A stretch of 64,000 bases of DNA, taken from contig CM075989.1 in assembly GCA_038087875.1 (NCBI GenBank), positions 3,038,001 through 3,102,000 of the forward strand. Reading direction: 5' to 3'. Below the pieces are notes generated by a model that saw nothing but the letters and a program-made list of their open reading frames with translations, did not search any database and was not told the DNA's origin. The position numbers and the translations under genes were made by a program. Positions within the stretch are counted from its first letter, which is position 1, and each line of letters begins with the position of its first letter. Shown here piece after piece: positions 1 to 11,850 of the stretch. This stretch comes from Malacoraja senta (lineage: Eukaryota).

Positions 1-480
1 TAATCCTCCAATTGTAGCCTATCCAAAGTCCTATAAAGCTGCAACGTGACTTCCTGACTCGTTAATGCCCCGGCCAATGTAAGCAAGCATACCATACGAA
101 TTCTTTACCACTTTATCTACTATATTGGCACTTTCAGGGAGCATAGGACTTGGACCCCAAGATCTCTCTGCATATCACTGCTGTTAAGTGACGCCATTAA
201 CAGTATACTTTCCCCCTTTCTTGTCACCTATCAAAGTGCAGCACCTCGTACTTGCTCGGATTAAACCCCATAGCCTTTTCTCCACCTGTTTTCCTAGCTG
301 ATCTGTATCTCACTGTATATTTTGACAGCCTTGCTCACTGTCTGCAAGTCCACCAACTGTGGTGCTGCCTGCAAACTTACTTATGCATCTCCATTCAAGT
401 CATTTATATATATTTCACAAAGAACAGAGGTCCCAGCACAGACCCCTGCCAAACTCCACTGGTCACAGAATGTCAGCCAG
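1..480 (-). mobile_element. Degenerate CR1-type LINE RT fragment
   Basis: Minus-strand translation retains IYINDL, as in the CR1 ORF2 at 12808-15495; many stops and frameshifts. Confidence 0.7.
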
Positions 481-564
481 AATAACACCATTCCACCACA
501 ACCCCCCTCTGTTGTCCAAGAGTAAGGCAGTTCTGGATCCAAATGACAAAGTCGCAATGGATCC

Positions 565-858
565 CATGCACACCGAGTCTCTTGCCCAGAATAGGGGAAT
601 TGGGAACCAGAGGACATAAGTTTAGGTGAAGGGGGAAAGATTTAATAGGAAACTCAGGGGTAACTTTTTCATGGAAAGAGTGGTGGGTGTATGGAACGAG
701 CTGCTGGAGGCAGGTACTATAGCACGGCTTAAGAAAATATTTAGATAGGTACATCGATAGGATAGGTTTAGAGGGATATGGGCCAAATGGGACATGTTGG
801 TCAGCATGGGCAAGTTGGGCCGAAGGGCCTGTTTCCACAGTTTGACTCTGACTCTGAT
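565..858 (+). mobile_element. CR1/HER1-type LINE 3' end
   Basis: Matches the ORF2 C-terminal region (TRGH...VVGVWNEL) and ends GGGCCGAAGGGCCTGTTTCC plus a short tandem tail (TGACTC). Confidence 0.8.
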
Positions 859-1384
859 ACATCCTTGTCTTGTTGAGGCAGGTCTTCCTGTTAGTACTAA
901 ATGAGAATGATGTTCAAGTGAGGTTCAATGTGAAATGGACCAGACATGATTGGGAGAGTCTGGTCCATGTGTAGCCAAGTTAAACCATTCAATTGCAGCA
1001 ACGTACAGAGCTGCCACCCTGTGATGCTGATTCACTGCGTTAACTGAAGAGTGTTTGTGGTGTTAGTGACTGTTCCTACGCTGAATGACTCTATGAATGT
1101 CCATAGATCTGTGGCACGTGGGCACACAGATGTGGCCGCTGGTTTAATGGATGCTGGTGTGGGCGGTGCTGTTTGTGAGGTTGGATCTATTGGTGCTGCA
1201 GGTGCTGTGTTTATTGCTCTTGCTGTTATTGTTATTGCTCTTCCTATATAATACTATCAGAAGCTGCTGCAGTTCCCATTGCTCCTCCTAATGTTGTGTG
1301 GTGTTATTTGTTACTGCTGCTCCAGTCCTTATTGCTTCTCTTATTGATATTGCAGCCACTGATCTATTCAATTAATTCCCACAG

Positions 1385-1660
1385 TTGTCATGGAGTCATA
1401 GGGTCATACAGCATGGAAACAGCCCTTCGGCCCAACGTGCCCACACCGATCAACATGTCCCATCTACACTAGTCCCACCTGCCTACATTTGGCCCATATC
1501 CTTCTCAACCTGTGCTATCCATGTACCTGTCTAAATGTTTCTTAGCTGCATCAACTGCCTCCTCTGGCAGCTCGTTCCAAATACCCACCACCCTTTAGTT
1601 ACCCCTCAGGTTTCTATTCATTCTTTCCCCCCTCACCTTAAGCCTATGTCCTCTCGTTCA
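1385..1660 (-). mobile_element. CR1/HER1-type LINE 3' end
   Basis: Reverse complement of the same 3' end seen at 565-858. Confidence 0.75.
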
Positions 1661-1985
1661 TGTTGATTTTCGAATGTCTTTTTGCTGAAATGCTGTATTG
1701 CCATCACTCGCATTTTCTGATTCTTATTGTGCTGCTGCTGTCTCTTGCTGTGCTGTTGTATTTTTGTTCATTACACCATGGCCGCACCACCTCAGGAAGG
1801 CCTCTGCCGCGCGGCGTGACAATAAAGAACTAAACCAAAGCTGGAGATGCCAGTTTCCCCCGTGTCTCTAAGGCACAAGACAAGGCTTCAGGCCCAACTC
1901 CACACACTCATGCATCGAAGGTTAAGATAACGTCCAGTACAAAGAGAATCCCTTGTCATTGTAGGTAGAATCCTCTGTCCAGACA

Positions 1986-3467
1986 TTAATGATTACCGTC
2001 CCGTGGCTCTCACTCCGGTAATCACGAAGTGCTTCGAGAGATTGGTCCTCCAGCACATCAAGGACTATCTCCCTCCAGACTTCGACCCCCACCAATTCGC
2101 CTATCGCCCAAACAGATCCACAGAAGACGCCATCACCGTAGCTCTCCACTCTGTGCTGAGCCACCTGGAGCAGGGGCAGAGCTACGTCCGGATGCTCTTT
2201 GTGAATTACAGCTCAGCTTTCAATACCATCATTCCGGACATTCTCATCGATAAACTGGTCACTCTCGGCCTCCCCACTCTCACATGTGCCTGGATAAAGG
2301 ACTTCCTCACCAACCGGCCCCAGACTGTGAGACTCGGCCCCCACCCTCTCCTCCACTCGCATGTTGAGTACCGGCTCCCCACAGGGCTGTGTGCTAAGCC
2401 CCCTCCTATACTGTCCCTACACCCACGACTGTAGTCCGGCCCATAACAACAACCGCATCGTCAAGTTTGCTGACGACACTACAGTAGTCGGACTCATCTC
2501 AAGGGGAGACGAGGCAGCCTATAGAGAGGAAGTCCTGAAGTTGACAGCCTGGTGCTCAGAAAACAACTTAGCTCTGAACACCAAGAAAACAAAAGAGCTC
2601 ATTGTCGACTTCAGGAGGCACAGCACCGACTTAGCCCCCCTATACATCAACGGCGAGTGTGTGGAGAGGGTCTACACCTTCCGGTTTCTCGGCGTCCTCA
2701 TCTCCGCTGACATCTCCTGGACAGACAACATCACAGCGGTCATCAAGAAGGCTCAGCAGCGGCTGCACTTCCTGAGGGTCCTCAGGAAGCACAACCTGTA
2801 CTCCAACCTGCTGCTGACCTTCTACCGCTCGTCCATTGAGAGCCTGCTGACATACTGCATTACAGCATGGTACGGCAGCTGCACCATGGCAGACAGGGAG
2901 AGGCTTCAGAGGGTAGTTAGGGCAGCACAGAAGATCATTGGCTGCCCTCTCCCCTCCCTGATGGACATTTACACCTCCCGCTGCCTCAGCAGGGCGAAGA
3001 ATATCATCAAGGACAGCTCCCATCCTGCGTTTGGCCTGTTCGACCTGCTGCCCTCAGGGAGGCGCTATAGGTGCATCAGAACAAGGACTAATAGACTCAA
3101 GAACAGTTGCTTTACAAAAGCCATAACCTCTCTGAACTCACACATGCACTGACTTCACAGCTTAACCCCCGGACTTCCATCTATCCACCTACTGTAATTT
3201 GTACTGTAACTGTAATTTTTAATATGTGCAATAACCCATACTGTATATAGGAATCCTATTTATTCACTCTATTTACCCATTGTCTTTTTATAGATATGTA
3301 TATAGCGCCGCAGAACTGTGCACCTTATCCCCCCCCCCCCCCCTTTTGTTTTGTTTTTTTGTTTTTTGAACTAATTACACGTCTACACTGAGTACGAGCT
3401 GCTTTTAATCTCATTGTACATGTGTAGAGTGACAATAAAATGGCATTCATTCATTCATTCATTCATT
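1986..3467 (+). mobile_element. 5'-truncated Rex1/Babar-type LINE (RT plus 3' UTR)
   Basis: RT motifs [22 protein letters not shown] and KFADDTTVVGLI; ends TGACAATAAA plus (CATT)n; CATTAATG occurs at both ends (1984-1991, 3464-3471). Confidence 0.9.
2003..3152 (+). pseudogene. Rex1/Babar reverse transcriptase, frameshifted near 2345-2360
   Basis: ORFs 2003-2434 and 2361-3152 are consecutive parts of one RT in different frames. Confidence 0.85.
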
Positions 3468-3521
3468 AATGCGAGACCCATTGGCATCTCAGGAGGACGT
3501 GAGGAGCCGTTGGCCTGATGT

Positions 3522-3880
3522 TAGAGTCATAGAGTGATACAGTGTGGAACCTGGCCGTCTGACATAACTTGCCCACACCGGCCAACATGTCCCCGCTACA
3601 CTAGTCCCACCTGCCCGCGTTTGGTCCATCTCCCTCTAAATCCGTCCTATCCAGGTACCTGTATAACTGTTTCTTAAACATTGGGATAGTCCCAGCCTCA
3701 ACTACCTCCTCTGGCAGATTGTTCCATACACCCACCGGCCTTTGTGTGAATATGTTACCCCTCTGGTTCCTATTAAACCTTTTCTCCTTCACCTTAAACC
3801 TATGTCCTCTGGTCCTCGATTCCCCTACTCTGGGCAAGAGACTCTGTGCATCTTCCCGATCTATCCCTCTCATGATTTCA
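3522..3880 (-). mobile_element. CR1/HER1-type LINE 3' end
   Basis: ORF 3601-3873 (-) ...GESRTRGHRFKV...VWNNLPEEVVEAGT is the CR1 ORF2 C-terminus. Confidence 0.85.
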
Positions 3881-4024
3881 TCCTTGATTGTATTTTGAAT
3901 GAAATACAGGATATTTTCCGCGTGGCTCTGGACAAAACGTATCTTGCATGAGAGGTAAAGGTAACATTGCAGTTGTAGAGGGTGTTACATGCAGTGAGTC
4001 CCATTGATCCTCTCCCTACACTCC

Positions 4025-4113
4025 ATGGTCTGAAGAAGGGTTCCGACCCAAATCGTCAACCATTTTCTTTTCTCCAGAGATGCTGCCTGACCCGCTGAGT
4101 TACTCCAGCACTT
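4025..4113 (+). mobile_element. Penelope-derived short repeat with degraded hammerhead motif
   Basis: CTGAAGAAGGGTTCCGACCC...GTC followed by the family body TCTCCAGAGATGCTGCCTGACCCGCTGAGTTACTCCAGCA. Confidence 0.7.
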
Positions 4114-4465
4114 TCAGAATCAGAATCATAATCATACTTTATTAGCCAAGTATGTTTTGCAACATACGAGGAATTTCGTTTGCCATACACTCATACCAAT
4201 AAAAAGCAACATAACACACAAAATACATTTTAACATAAACATCCACCACAGTGACTCCTCCACATTCCTCACTGTGATGGAAGGTGAAAAAAAGTTAAAT
4301 CTCTTCCCTTCTTTGTCCTCCAGCAGTCAGGGGTCTCTAACCTTCCGTTGACGGGACGATCTTACTCCCGTAGCCGGCGGCGGGCTTCCTCGTCGGGGCC
4401 ATCAAGCTCCTACATCGGGGGGGGGGAATCTCAGCTCCCCTGCGCCGGGTGATCTACTCCGGATT
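4114..4465 (-). mobile_element. Non-coding retroposon-like repeat (hairpin family with Rex-like tail)
   Basis: Shares the CCATCACAGTG...CACTGTGGTGG stem and a tandem-repeat tail with copies at 5560, 7722, 21688, 31280 and 38270. Confidence 0.6.
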
Positions 4466-4524
4466 GTGTCTATCTTCAGTATAAACCAGCGTCCGCAATC
4501 CTTTCTACACTCCCTCCCCACTGC

Positions 4525-4700
4525 GGGTAATTTACAGAGGGCCGATTAATCCTACATACCCGCACGTCTTTGGGAGGTGGGAGGAAGCCAGGGCGCCCGG
4601 AGGAGACCCACACGGTCACAGGGAGAACATGCAAACTCCACGCAGACAGTACCTGAGGTCAGGATCGTACCCGGGTCTCTGGCGTTGTGAGGCAGCAGTG
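4525..4700 (-). mobile_element. HE1/V-SINE-type SINE fragment
   Basis: Reverse complement of the SINE body seen at 6146-6457. Confidence 0.7.
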
Positions 4701-4789
4701 ATTCAAAGCTGAGACACACAGGGTGAAAACCGGTTCTTCATGCCACATCAAGCACCCATTTATACTAATCCCACCTCCCAGCCCTTAGT

Positions 4790-5020
4790 GACAATAGACA
4801 ATAGACAATAGGTGCAGGAGTAGGCCATTTGGCCCTTTGAGCCAGCACCGCCATTCAATGTGATCATGGCTGATCATCCCCAATCAGTACCCCGTTCCTG
4901 CCTTCTCCCCATATCCCCTGACTCTGCTATTTTTAAGAGCCCTATCTAGCTCTCTCTTGAAAGCATCCAGAGAACCTGCCTCCACCGCCCTCTGAGGCAG
5001 AGAATCCCACAGAATTCCAC
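4790..5020 (-). mobile_element. CR1 LINE 3' end, (TATTGTC)n tail subfamily
   Basis: Reverse complement of the 3' UTR at 39185-39501. Confidence 0.8.
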
Positions 5021-5559
5021 AGTGTCTTGGCAACTCAAGTTTTCTTCCACATACTTGTTAATAGTGATAACACCTCTGCTGCATCACCCACTCAGGCATT
5101 CCAGCTTCAAACCACCCTCGGAGTGAAAGAGAAAATCTTGAAATATTGATTGATTAATTGAAAACACAGGCCCTTCGTCCCACTCTGCCCACCCGACCAT
5201 TGATCACCCGTTCACACTAGTTCTACGTTATCCCCCCTTCCCCTCCACTCCCTACACACACAGGATAATTTACAGAGGCCATTTAACCTACAAAACCAAC
5301 ACGTCTTTGGGATGTGGGAGGAAACCGTGCAAACTCCGCACAGATAGCAGCTGATATTGTGAAAGCAGTATAGAATTGTGAGGCTTTCTACCCTTTCCTT
5401 TCTCTCTACCGTCTCTAGATGAACCTAATCACCTCTTTAAACTCCCTTAGAGCATCTGTTACCTTGCATGTAGCTCTTGTCTCCTGGAATTGTAAAACGG
5501 GCGGTTTGTATGAAGAGCACCGATGTTGATGATACAATGACATATTTGTTTCTTCGTGA

Positions 5560-6010
5560 TTCAAGTTCAAGTTCACATTAATTGCCACATGCACCAATTA
5601 AGGCACAGTGATATTTGAGTTACCATACAGCCATACAAGTAAAAAAGAACACAATACATGATAGAAATTAACATAAACATCCATCACAGTGGAATCAGCA
5701 TTCCTCACTGGGGGATCATGACAGGAGCCTCCTCGTGGCGATCCCTGGAAGCGACGACGCGATGCACTCTCTGACGCGTCGGCCGACAATTCTGTCAACA
5801 CGTTGGACGACGACAGAGGCCAACAGCGAGCTACATCCTCTGACACACGAGCGAACAAACGGTGATGGAAGGCGATAAAGTTCAGTCAATCTTCCTCCTT
5901 TTGTTCACCCGTGGTCGGGGCCTTGGACCCTCCACAGTCGCCACTACGGCCCGATGTACAGGCCCTCTCGTCGGGATGATCAAAACTCCGACATCGGGAC
6001 GGATCAGAAC
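5560..6010 (-). mobile_element. Hairpin-family non-coding retroposon carrying a 152-bp internal insertion
   Basis: Family motif TTCCTCACTG|TGATGGAAGG is split by 5711-5862; (TTCAAG)n tail at about 5560. Confidence 0.6.
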
Positions 6011-6145
6011 ATTGGTATTTCTTTGTTGTCGTCACTATACCTGGTTATGTGTGCTTTCTAGTCAAGTCGTGCAGTACATGTGTACAATCTAGCCTTAGAC
6101 AAATACAACAGGCTTGTGTAGAGAGAAAATACCAAAGTACACAAT

Positions 6146-6457
6146 GCAGTGCATGGTGGTGCAGCGGTAGAGTTGCTGCCTTACAACGCCAGAGACCCGG
6201 GTTCGATACTGACTACGGGTGCTGTCCGTACGGAGTTTGTACCTTCTCCCCGAGAACTGCGTGGGTTTTCTCCGAGATCTTCGGGATCCTCCCAAACTCC
6301 AAAGACTTGCAGGTTTGTAGGTTAATTGGCTTGGTATCAATGTAAATTGTCCCTTGTGTGTGTAGGATTGTGTTAACGTGCGGGGATCGCTGGTCGGCGC
6401 GGACTCAGTGGGCTGAAGGGCCTGTTTACTCGCTGTACCTCTAAACCAAACTAAACT
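6146..6457 (+). mobile_element. HE1/V-SINE-type tRNA-derived SINE
   Basis: A-box TGGTGCAGCGG, B-box GGTTCGATAC, central domain GGAGTTTGTAC...TCCCAAACTCCAAAGAC, CR1-derived 3' end and (CTAAA)n tail. Confidence 0.9.
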
Positions 6458-6596
6458 AGTTCTACACCATTAAAGTACGTGTGGAGGAGTACAGAGAGGA
6501 GGGAGAGGGGGGTGGTGAATCTGTGGAATTCATTGCCACAGGCGGCTGTGGAGGCCTTTCGCTATTCGGTAAGCTTCAATGAAATCCCCCCTAAAG

Positions 6597-6668
6597 TGAC
6601 CGCAGCGGGACTCGAACCTGCAATCTTCAGATCCAAAGTCAGACGCCTTATCCATTAGGCCATAGGCC
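6597..6668 (-). pseudogene. tRNA-Arg(TCG)-derived pseudogene, anticodon now TTG
   Basis: Minus strand GGCCTATGGCCTAATGGATAAGGCGTCTGACTTTGGATCTGAAGATTGCAGGTTCGAGTCCCGCTGCGGTCA resembles vertebrate tRNA-Arg(TCG); acceptor and anticodon stems are damaged and there is no adjacent T4 terminator. Confidence 0.8.
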
Positions 6669-6807
6669 TCCTTTTACCACTGTTGACCCTTGATGTTTCC
6701 TCAGCCTTGTGTCTTGTGAACTTCTGGGCTCACTAGAAGTTTAAATCTCTCCATTGTTCTGTGCACCTCATTAACGATGCACAGGTGGGGTCTCTGCCAC
6801 ATAACTA

Positions 6808-7340
6808 TGGCCCTGTCTCACTTAGGCGATTTTTAGGCGACTACAGGTGACTTGGCTGTCGCCACATTTACGCCGCTGGTCGTGAGTAGTCTCCTCAGTT
6901 GCCCAAAGAGACGTACCATCTTTCTGTTCGTTGCAGAATTTTCAACATGTTGACAATTTTTCGGCGACAGTGGGTTTGACGCATATGAGCGTGTCTTGAC
7001 TTCTCCTGACGTAGGTTGTTGCCAGGTTAACGTAGGTTGTCACTAGGATGACGTAGGTTGTCGCCGGTGCTGACTTCGGTGAATTCCTTTGGCGGCTACC
7101 TACGTCAACCGGCGACAGGTACCGGTCACTGAATTGTCTTACTTTGACGTAGCTTGTCGCGCGCGGGTGGACGTACGTTATCGTAGGTGTGGTCGTAGGT
7201 GGAGGTCCTAATGGTCACCAGTTGTCGGTAGCTAACCGTAGTTTGACGTCGACTAGGTGGTAGGTTGTTGTAGACATTGTCGTAGGGGCGGGGGGGGGTG
7301 TCCAGTCGGCGGTTATTCGGCGACTTGCTACGACAGGGGT
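6808..7340. mobile_element. Probable PIF/Harbinger-like non-autonomous DNA element (partial)
   Basis: Starts TGGCCCTGTCTC, similar to the TIR of the MITEs at 18407 and 58739; internal GTAGGTTGTC repeats; right TIR unclear. Confidence 0.45.
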
Positions 7341-7721
7341 GCAAGAGACACGGAGTGCTGGAGTAACAGGCAGCATCTCTGGGGAACAAAGATAGGTGAC
7401 ATTTCACAGAGTGCGGAAGTAACTCAGCGGGTCAGGCAGCATCTGTGGAGAACATGGAGAGATAGTGTTTTAGGTCGGAACCTTTCTTTGTACTAATTGT
7501 ATGGAGGGAGGGGGTTGGACAAAAGCTGTAAGAAAGGGACTGGTTACAGGGAGGGGTGGGGGCAGGAAAGGTGGATGAGAGGAGTGCTGCCTGACCCCGC
7601 TGAATTACTCCAGCACTTTGTGTCTTTTTTTGCAAAACAGCATCTGCAGTTCTGTGTTTCAACAAAATTGGAGTTTGTTTCCCATTTCCTATCGAAACCA
7701 GGTGGTGGATCTGTGGAATTG

Positions 7722-8380
7722 ATTAATAATAATAATAATAATAATAATCATTTTATTTACTGGCGCCTTTCTAAAACCCAAGGACACCTTACAATGCATA
7801 GAATCACAACAAAACAAAAAACACATAATCGGAATAAATTAAATATAAAAACACCACAGTACACAAATCAAGGACAGACTTCAATTTCAAAAGCACCAAA
7901 AGAAAATAAGAAACACAATTTGAGGAGAGAGCAGCGGCGACCAATTCGCGCCAGCGTCCACTCTCCCCTCCGACCGCCATCTTGTACACGGACTGACAGG
8001 CACAGGCACAGGCACAGCACACAAAATCATCCACCCACAATGACCACCACTGTGGGGGAAGGCACAATGTCCAGTCCCCAACCCAGTTCTCCCCAGAGTC
8101 AGGCCCAATGAGGCCTCCACAGTTGCCTCTATGGAGGCCCGATGTTCCTGGCCGTCGGGAGAGTCCTCGGAGCGGCTGGAACGGCCGGTTTCCCAGCGGA
8201 GTCGATGGCACCTGAAGCCGACAGGGCCGCGCTGATTTGGAGCCACGAGGCTCCCGATGTTGGAGTCGGCGCCGCCACCCGCAGCTGGTCGCTCCGCAGT
8301 CCCGCAGCCTGGAGGTGTTGAAGTCGGCGGTCCAGCTCACCGGAGCTCCAGCGCGTCGATCCAGCACGGTGACCCAGGCA
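7722..8380 (-). mobile_element. GC-rich hairpin-family non-coding retroposon
   Basis: Minus strand has the CCCACAGTG...CATTGTGGG stem; ends in an (ATT)n tail. Confidence 0.55.
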
Positions 8381-9033
8381 AGGGATATTTTTAAGGCAGG
8401 GATAGATAGATGTTTGATTAGTACGGGTGTCAGAAGAGTTATGGGGGGAAGGCAGGAGAATGGGGTTGAGAGGGAAAGATAGATCAGCGATGATTGAATG
8501 GTGGAGTAGACTTGATGGGCCGAATGGCCTAATTCTTCTCCTATCACGCGCACATCTTTCCACAACTTTCTATTTATGTCAATACTTTTACAATTGCTGG
8601 CATTTCTCAGTCCCCTGTCACCCTCAGCATGTGTGCACTTCCTTGCCCCATTAGATTTTGGGCTAGACCTAGTTATAATTGTATCCAGTGCAGTCTTGCA
8701 GGGTAAGACCCAGGGAATAATTTGCAGTTTGATGCTTTTTATTCTTCTCTGGCTTTCTCCAGGCCTGCTCTGGAGATTTCCTTCAGGAGGAAGTAATTTT
8801 GAAAGCCAGGCAGAGACTGCCAGGTAATGTATCGTGATCTTTAGGCTCAAATCCCCCACTGCTTATAACAGTAATAATGGTGAGATGAAGACGCAAAGAG
8901 ATCTGAACTTTAGTAGCAAGAAATCAATGTGGAATTCCCTGCACACCTCGGGTGTACGATTCCTCTCTCGTGATTCTGGTCATGATTTGTTTGGCTTCAA
9001 TGCCAGCTGTACCACATTAACAGACACCTCTAT

Positions 9034-9313
9034 GGCAGCACGGTGGCGCGTTGGTAGAATTGCTGCCATAGAGGCCCGGGTTCAATTCTGACTACGGGTG
9101 CTGTCTGTACATTCTTCCCCTGACCTGCCTGGGTTTTCTCCGAGATTTCCGGTTTCCTCCCACACTCCAAAGACATCCAGGTTTGTACATTAATTGGCTT
9201 GGTGCAAATCTAAATTGTCCCCAGTGTTAATGTGCGAGGATCACTGGCTGGCACGGACTCGATGGGCCGAAGGGCCTGTTTCCGTGCTGTATCTGTAAAT
9301 TAAACTAAACTAA
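9034..9313 (+). mobile_element. HE1/V-SINE-type SINE
   Basis: GGCAGCACGGTGGCGC head, V-domain, CR1-type tail and (CTAAA)n. Confidence 0.85.
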
Positions 9314-9359
9314 ACCTCCGCATTCACACTTGTACCCACACACTGCAACTTTCAAAGAA

Positions 9360-9700
9360 TAGTGAAAGGCTTCGATAGAGTGGATGTGGAGAGGATGTTT
9401 CCAGTGGCAGAGTCTTGGACTAGAGGTCATAGCCTCAGAATTAAAGAATGTTCTTCTAGGAAGGAGATGAGGAGAAATGTCTTTAGTCAGAGGGTGGTGA
9501 ATCTGTGGAATTCTTTGCAACAGAAGGCTGTGGAGGATGTCAATGGATATTTTTAAGGTGAGGTAGATAGATTATCGAACAATATGGGTGTCAGAGGTTA
9601 TGGGGAGAAGGCAGGAGAATGTGGTTAGGAGGGAGAGATAGATCAGCCATGATTGAATAGCAGATTGGACTTGATGGGCCAAACGGCCCAATTCTGCTCC
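9360..9700 (+). mobile_element. CR1 LINE 3' end
   Basis: ORF 9362-9556 KGFDRVDVERMFP...TRGHSLRIK...QRVVNLWNSL. Confidence 0.85.
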
Positions 9701-10029
9701 GATCAATGATGAAGATGAGGCGGGGGCAGGATCAGGGGCCAACAATGGACAGGAGAAGCAAAGGTGGAGAAGACAGCAGCTTGAAGCTGTTCTTTTGGGA
9801 CTGGGGGAACATTGCTCTCTCTAAAGATTGTACCACATTCACTGCCCTCCACCCTGGGCTTCTTGTTGCCACCAGAACACAGGGTACATGGATTAAAACC
9901 CAGACACAAATACAAACGATGTAGGCAACAAGGGAGGTGGGGGACAACCAAACAGTGACAAACCAAAACATCTCCAAATGGAGGTCATGCGGCTGAATTG
10001 ATGGCCAATCACAAAAATAAAGTTGAAAA

Positions 10030-10640
10030 TAGACATAAAATATTGGAGTAACTCAGCGGGTCGGGCAGCATCTTTGTAGAGAAGGAATAGGTGACGTTTC
10101 GGATCGAGACCCTTTTTCAGACTGAGAGTCAGGGGAGGGAGAAACTACTGATGGAAGGACACAAAGTGAATTTAAGGTGTGAAAAGGACAGATCAAAGCA
10201 GACGATGCTCAGGAGTAGAATGGTTCACTGTTTGGCTGGGGGGAAGGTGACAACGAGGCATACAAACAGTTTGCAGTTGTGTTTATTGTCACGTGTGCCG
10301 AGGTACAGCGAAAAGCTTTTGCTGCGTGCTATCCAGTCAGCGGAAAGACAATACATGCTTACAATCGAGCCGTTTACAGTGTACAGATACATGAGAAGGG
10401 AATAACGTTAAGGTAAAGCCAGGAAAATCCGATCAAGGATAGTCCAAGGGTCACCAATGAGGTAGATAGTAGTTCAGCACTGCTCCCTGGTTGTGGTAGG
10501 TTGATTTGCAATAGAAATGCTGCAGCAAAACAGGAATATTAATCAGGAGGGCAGTGAAACTGGTCGGGGAACTAGGGTGGGGGACAGACGGAGAGAGGGG
10601 GAAAGCAAGGGTTACCCAGTCAGAGCAATCAATATTCCGA
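10030..10640 (-). mobile_element. Penelope-like 3' region with hammerhead-like motif, interrupted by a Rex-type 3' UTR (about 10275-10505)
   Basis: Minus strand is collinear with 45870-46215; hammerhead-like motif at 10093-10120. Confidence 0.6.
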
Positions 10641-11242
10641 TCAAGTCTGATTAGTGCAGACTTCTGCTAATGGAGCAATTGTGGACATCTTATTATTGGT
10701 ATGAATTAATTAATAATGAACACTTGTTATAAAGAATCAACATCTTAATGGCGGTCGGTCCCTGCATTCCAAATGACGAGGCCATGATTATTTTATTACA
10801 AACCCGACACTGCATTGAAGTGACGCAGTAAATAATATTAACAGTTTCTCAGTGCCTGTCACCAACATAATGCAGACTCTGAACTCTGTGCCGGCCCCGA
10901 TAAATCCATTTTAAATCATTGTGTTTTCATTATTGCTGCACATTAATCTATCAATACAGCGCGGATTGTCCGTTAAGATGAGCTACAGCCGGCTGCCAGC
11001 ATTCGCCTCTCGCATTCATCTCAATTACAGGAGGGGAGAAGGAAAACATCTGTAGTTGGAGTAACTTTCATCTTCAGATTCCTTCATTTCGGATCCAGGG
11101 ATGTGTAGGAAGGAACTGCAGATGCTGGTTTAAACCGAAGATTGACACAAAAAGCTGGAGTAAGTCAGTGGGACAGGCGGCAGCTTTTCGTGCCTATCTT
11201 CGGTTTAAACCAGCATCTGCAGTTCCTTCTTACACATTCAGT

Positions 11243-11270
11243 CTGAAGAAGGGTCTCGACCCGAAACGTC
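11243..11270 (+). ncRNA. Minimal type-I hammerhead ribozyme motif in a Penelope-derived repeat
   Basis: CTGAAGA-A-GGGT(CTCG)ACCC-GAAA-CGTC: CUGANGA box, stem II, GAAA box and GUC site. Confidence 0.75.
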
Positions 11271-11451
11271 ACCCATTCCTTCCCTCCAGAGATGCTGCCT
11301 GTCCCGACGAGTTATTCCAGCTTTTTGAATCTATCTTCGGATTCAGGGATTTCTCACTGCCTTTCACTCGAGCTGATCCACAATCAAGCAGACTTTAGTC
11401 CCACCACTACCCACCCCACTTGCACTGGCTTTTCATAACTTTGGACAACTT

Positions 11452-11850
11452 TTTATAGCATGGTTTGGGAACAGCTCCATCCAAGACCGCAAGAAATTAC
11501 AGAGGATGGTAGACGCAGCCAAGACCATCACACACAAACCAACCTTCCTTCCATTGACACCATCTACACCTTACACTGCCTCAGGAAAGCCAGCAGCATA
11601 ATCAAGGACGAGTCGCACCCTGGCTACTCCCTCTTCTCCCCTCTTCCATCAGGCAAGAGGTACAGAAGTGTGAAAACGCACGCATACAGATTCAAGGACA
11701 GATTCTTCCCAGATGCTATCAGGCAACTGAACCATCCTACCAACAACTAGAGAGAAGTCCTGAGCTACTATCTACCTCATTGGAGACACTTGGACTATCT
11801 TAATCAGACTTTACTGGACGTTATCTTGCTGTAAGCGTTATTCACGTTAT
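11452..11850 (+). mobile_element. Rex1-like LINE 3' fragment
   Basis: ORF 11460-11750 ...IIKDESHPGYSLFSPLPSGKRYRSVKT...RFKDRFFPDAIR resembles the Rex1 C-terminus at 2361-3152. Confidence 0.8.

Noticed and set aside
1032..1251. Short open frames on both strands (hydrophobic on plus, Thr/Ala/Pro-rich on minus)
   Set aside because: About 70 codons of biased composition with no convincing start, splice sites or homology.
6146..6225. tRNA genes at SINE heads
   Set aside because: A and B boxes continue into the SINE body and LINE tail; these are SINE promoters, not tRNAs.
7804..8859. 351-aa minus-strand ORF
   Set aside because: Runs across unique sequence, an antisense CR1 tail and a GC-rich repeat; no recognisable domain.
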